Part shown: positions 60,126 to 64,000 of the stretch, piece after piece
Layout: each line of letters starts with the position of its first letter
Position numbering within the stretch: position 1 is the first letter of the stretch
Made by a program: the position numbers and the translations under genes
DNA from: Schizochytrium sp. TIO01
Lineage: Eukaryota; Protista; Bigyra: Labyrinthulomycetes
Assembly: GCA_004764695.1 (NCBI GenBank)
Contig: SMSO01000014.1
Location: 4,536,845-4,600,844, forward strand
Direction of reading: 5' to 3'
DNA: 64,000 nucleotides
Notes under the pieces: model-generated
Database searches by the model: none
What the model saw: only the letters and a program-made list of their open reading frames with translations
Told to the model about the DNA's origin: nothing

Positions 60126-63100
60126 AGCAATTGAATATTGTATTATATTTTTAGTGGATTTGCTGGGTAACCTTGAGTAAAATGCTATTTACGAATGAAT
60201 AACGTGTGTCTATTTTTTTTTGTTAATGTTCCGTGGCTATTTACGAACTTGCCTGTACAGGTTTGAGCAGCTCTTGTACTTCTTTTGGAATAGCGTGCTT
60301 GAGGATAAAGTTGCCTTCTTCTCATATATGGATTTAGCAGAAGTCAGTATTTCCTCTTCCTCTTCTGGATTATAAATAATAACAATAATAATTATTATTA
60401 GCAGCTGCTGGTAAGCTTGTTTCGCTCACCTTGAAAATTGACTGCACAAATTGCCTTTGCTCTCTTGGGGAATGGCTCTCTCAAGTTGATTCATCTTTCC
60501 TTACGAGGCCTCTTCCATCTTTTTTGTCTACGAGCAAATAGTGGTGTCTCCATTATACTTTGGGCTGTCTATATCACGTTACCTTGTTCATTAGTTGTTT
60601 AGACTACGCTTTTGTTTTTATGCAAATGTTGTTATTGCTGATGAAGCTACTGCCTACTGCCTCCTGCCTACAAGTCCAAATTCAACATTTTCTTGCCTTC
60701 GATTTTCCTATCCACTAATTTTCTAACAGAAGACAACAGTTTTAAAGGTGGTGGCAACGCTGGACGAGACTAGGTTCTTCCTCCTGGTAGGTTATCTCTT
60801 TCCAACTACTTTAATCTGCATCACCTCCGGCTCCTCTCGCGTCTCTCGCGCACGCATTAGATATGCTCGCCCTCGAGGTCAACCGCTCCTTTAACTACAA
60901 GTGACCAATACATGCAAAGCGCATTTAACTGTTTTTTCCACAAGTCAAACAAACCGCCCTCAAATAGCCTATAGCTACTACGCCACAGAAGATCTGTCAA
61001 TGTTTTAGGTACCCTTCCTATGTCTCACATATCGAATTAGCAGTTTCCATATTTGCGCTTACAAGCCCTGTCTGGAATCATCATGATCATCAACAAGTCT
61101 AGGTTACACCTTCTCGCTCGTTGGCACGGCTGCAACGTCACTTTCCGGCGAGCAGTGGTCATGAATGCTATTATAATTCGATGTTGGCATGACTGACTGC
61201 CAAGATCGCTCAATCTCTCGAACTCGTCCATTTAGACACCCCACCCTGCCTCAATTCGATGCAGTAGTGAATTTCCATCAGCTTTCATCACACTGGAGCC
61301 GCAGAAAGAACACCACGAAAAGGCAGCTGACTTAATCTATCACACATAGCAAACATAGCAAACATAGCAAACGTAGCAAACGTAGCAAACGTAGCAAACG
61401 TCTTGGTATTCTGCAGATATCCTTCCCCAGGCAGGCCATCCCAGTTAGAACTAAGTGGGTAACCAGCTGCACGCAGACAAGCGTGCCAGGGAGTAGACCG
61501 TCTTAGGCGTGTCACTGGTTGCAGTGGGAATGCATGCAGATTGCATATTCACTCACGTTCACTCGCATTCTCTCGTATTCACTCATATCACCGCCCTTTT
61601 GCAATGCATGCATTGCAGAGAGACACAGCTAAGCACCTTAGCCGTAAGCGCTACAAGTAAGTAAGTAAGTAGGTAAGTAGGTAGTACTGTAATGTAAGCC
61701 TTGTCGCGTAGAGGCATTGCCTATATTTCTATTGTGGAGGGAATAATCTTCTTCGAGGCAGTTTGTTTCACTTTCCGGGTCTCTATAAGTCATTGGCGCG
61801 TTGTTTGTTGCGTAGTGGGACATGAACTGTTTATTCACTATCATTCATTTACTCGCCCATTGAGCGATTGATTGATTTGAATATCATTTGCAATCAGTGC
61901 TATTATCCGCAGAGACAGTCAGACAAATAGAGACAGACGCCCAGCCAGCGGTAGAAGGGCTCACCAGCGCCAGCCTCCGCGGCCCACCAGACCCAGCGGC
62001 GAAGAGCGACCTGGACAGGCGTCCAGCCAACGCCGCTCGCGGCCCCCCTTGCTTGCTCCCCGCTTCGCCCCTTCGCTTGCCTTGTTCGTTCATTCAGTAG
62101 TTGGCGCAATTCAAAGCCAAGTGGATCAATCCTTCGCGAGCTTCCCTCCTTTTCTTCAACGCTGCCTTCTCGTCCTCGACCTCTTAGACACTGACCGTAG
62201 AGACTTCAGCGTGGACAACAGCCTGTGTCATCGTTCACCCACTTTTCTTTGCTGCAGTTTCCTCTCGCTTCTTCTTTCTTATTGCTTGCGCCAAATCGTT
62301 AAATTATCTGAGGTGTCGAAGTAGAGCGCGTTCGACAGATTTAACCTTAAAATTGGACATTGTTGACAACGACATCGAACTGGTGGATTGATACAGCAGC
62401 TTATCTTTTGCGACAGGTGTTCGCCCTCAGCTATTCTTACATTTGTGGTGTAGGCTGGTCGATTACTATCGATTGAGTCATTGGCACCGAGGGCCATTTC
62501 CACTGCCATAGATTATTTTAGACACAACACTCGACTTGACAAAAGGCGCATCCTGAACTGCGCATCGTACGAGGTATTTTTTGTTTTGAAGTGACCTTCT
62601 GATTGCAATTTAAACGACTAGAGGCGACTCCACCAGAGAATCTTGGCGATTTTCAAGCGTGGACGGGGTATCTTCAGAGGCTCAAGCCCACGGAAAGCTC
62701 TGTCATAAAGGCAAGCATCTGAAACGAAACAATTTGAAAAGAGCCTACGGGAGACTCTTTAACAGCCGTTCATCCCCGTGCTCATCTTCTCAATCCTTAC
62801 TTCTTTTGTTCGTGATTGTGGCTTTTCTCCATTAGTGAACCTGCTTAGATACGATTGAGCTTGGATAGACTTCTGGGTTTGCAAAAGAGCAAACTACCTT
62901 TGCTAGGAAGGAAGGCACAAAGGGCTTCCCAAGCTTTTTTAATAAACCCCTGCAACAGCGTATTATCTATTTTTGGATTCTCACTGTCCATCAGTCTTAC
63001 TGACTCTAAGTCTGCACGTTGTTTTACAACCCTGAACATCTACCTAGTGTTGTGGTTTGAGATTACTTTTCACAGTGAAGAGCCTTATACCTCTCTATAC

Positions 63101-63304
63101 GGATTGGCTGCACTCGCATCCACTTAGAGTGGGTAGCTGAGAAAGCACGCCGAAATAGGCTGCAAGGCCTGCTCCATTTGCGAGCGAGGTCAACAGCTAC
63201 TAAGTAAGTGATTCTGAGCTCTACAAGTCTAGCATTCTAGCACTCTAGCATTCTAGCCTGCGTTGGGGCTAAGCCTTGAAGCCTTAACGTACCAACTATT
63301 CATC

Positions 63305-64000
63305 ATGGCGCAGCGACAGAAACAAGTGCCGCAACAATCGCAGGCGCAACACAGCTATGGTGCTGTACCAGCAGAGTATGCCTCAGAGAGGTCCATGATC
63401 AGCCAGCTTGTGCGTGAAGGCAAACACGATGAAGCCTGTCGCTTGGTGATGACTACGAAGGGTGGCTCCAGTCCAGCGAATACTGGATCTACCAATAGTT
63501 CTACGTCCCGTCCTGGGGCAGGATCGAGGGAGAACGAAGGCCTTAGTGTCGATGTTGACAAGCTCACTCTCGCACGCGATCTCATCGCGCTCTTGTGCTC
63601 CACAGATCAGCTTCAACAGGCATCGCAAATTGTGGAGCGATGCCCTTCTGAACACCTGTCAAGTCTGGAGCTTGGCGGTGTGGTGGATGCGATGCTTCGT
63701 AGACGTCGGTTCGAGATGGCGTCTCGAGCAATCTCCATGTTTGGTCTTCTTGATCGCTGTGACGTTGATCTCTTACATCGATTCCTTTCGGCGTTGGTGA
63801 CGAATGGGCAGTACCGTCTTGCTGTCGAGTGGGCCCGTAAGCTCGCAGAGTGGGAAATGAGATCGCAGACGCAGCTGCCTGAGTTCCTGCGTTGGACTCC
63901 GTCTGCACTCGTGTCAGAAATGGTAGTTTCTGGAGACTTTGACCAAGCCCTTAAGTTCATTCACGAGTTGAATCTGCGGAGTGAATTCCCAGTTTACGAT
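63305..64000 (+). CDS. 5' part of an alpha-helical repeat protein, truncated by the window edge (absent from ORF track)
   Basis: ATG at 63305 opens 232 stop-free codons to the end of the window: MAQRQKQVPQQSQ...SQLVREGKHDEACRL...SALVTNGQYRLAVEWA...EMVVSGDFDQALKFIHELNLRSEFPVYD. Helical repeats; family not established. Confidence 0.75.
   Translation, partial: MAQRQKQVPQQSQAQHSYGAVPAEYASERSMISQLVREGKHDEACRLVMTTKGGSSPANTGSTNSSTSRPGAGSRENEGLSVDVDKLTLARDLIALLCSTDQLQQASQIVERCPSEHLSSLELGGVVDAMLRRRRFEMASRAISMFGLLDRCDVDLLHRFLSALVTNGQYRLAVEWARKLAEWEMRSQTQLPEFLRWTPSALVSEMVVSGDFDQALKFIHELNLRSEFPVYD

Noticed and set aside
61344-61400. 9-nt tandem repeats (also 27172-27208, 37666-37704) and an 18-bp palindrome at 61600-61617
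   Set aside because: Short, mutually unrelated slippage products; no terminal repeats or target-site duplications defining a mobile element.

Overview
Eukaryotic nuclear DNA. The gene set (flagellar CFAP73/CCDC42, large mitochondrial NAD-glutamate dehydrogenase, class-C-like GPCR, PT-repeat surface proteins) and intron-poor gene structure suggest a flagellated stramenopile such as a thraustochytrid; this taxonomy is inference. I support about 13 protein-coding genes separated by long microsatellite-rich spacers. The ORF track misses three intron-rich leucine-rich-repeat (LRR) surface-protein genes, which I assembled by hand from GT-AG splice sites (1-4944 minus, 5893-7238 minus, 28128-30223 plus). 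All 29 of their introns are phase 2 at the same position of the LRR motif, and internal LRR exons are exactly 69, 138 or 207 nt, so every internal exon is a frame-neutral cassette. The other genes in the window read as single ORFs, apart from one frame break in GDH. The first LRR gene is a string of at least six 3-exon mini-LRR domains joined by Pro/Thr linkers, with patchwork identity between modules that points to ongoing recombination or gene conversion. This candidate diversifying receptor system is the strongest lead. Other notable items: a eukaryotic LarC nickel-pincer insertase with a His-repeat, a transcription factor with two tandem bHLH domains, a GDH gene split by a +1 frame break, a mucin-stalk class-C GPCR with a WW-like tail, and a PIMT with an extra C-terminal motif placed head-to-head with a glyoxalase II-like gene. 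No tRNA, rRNA, CRISPR array or recognisable transposase was seen.
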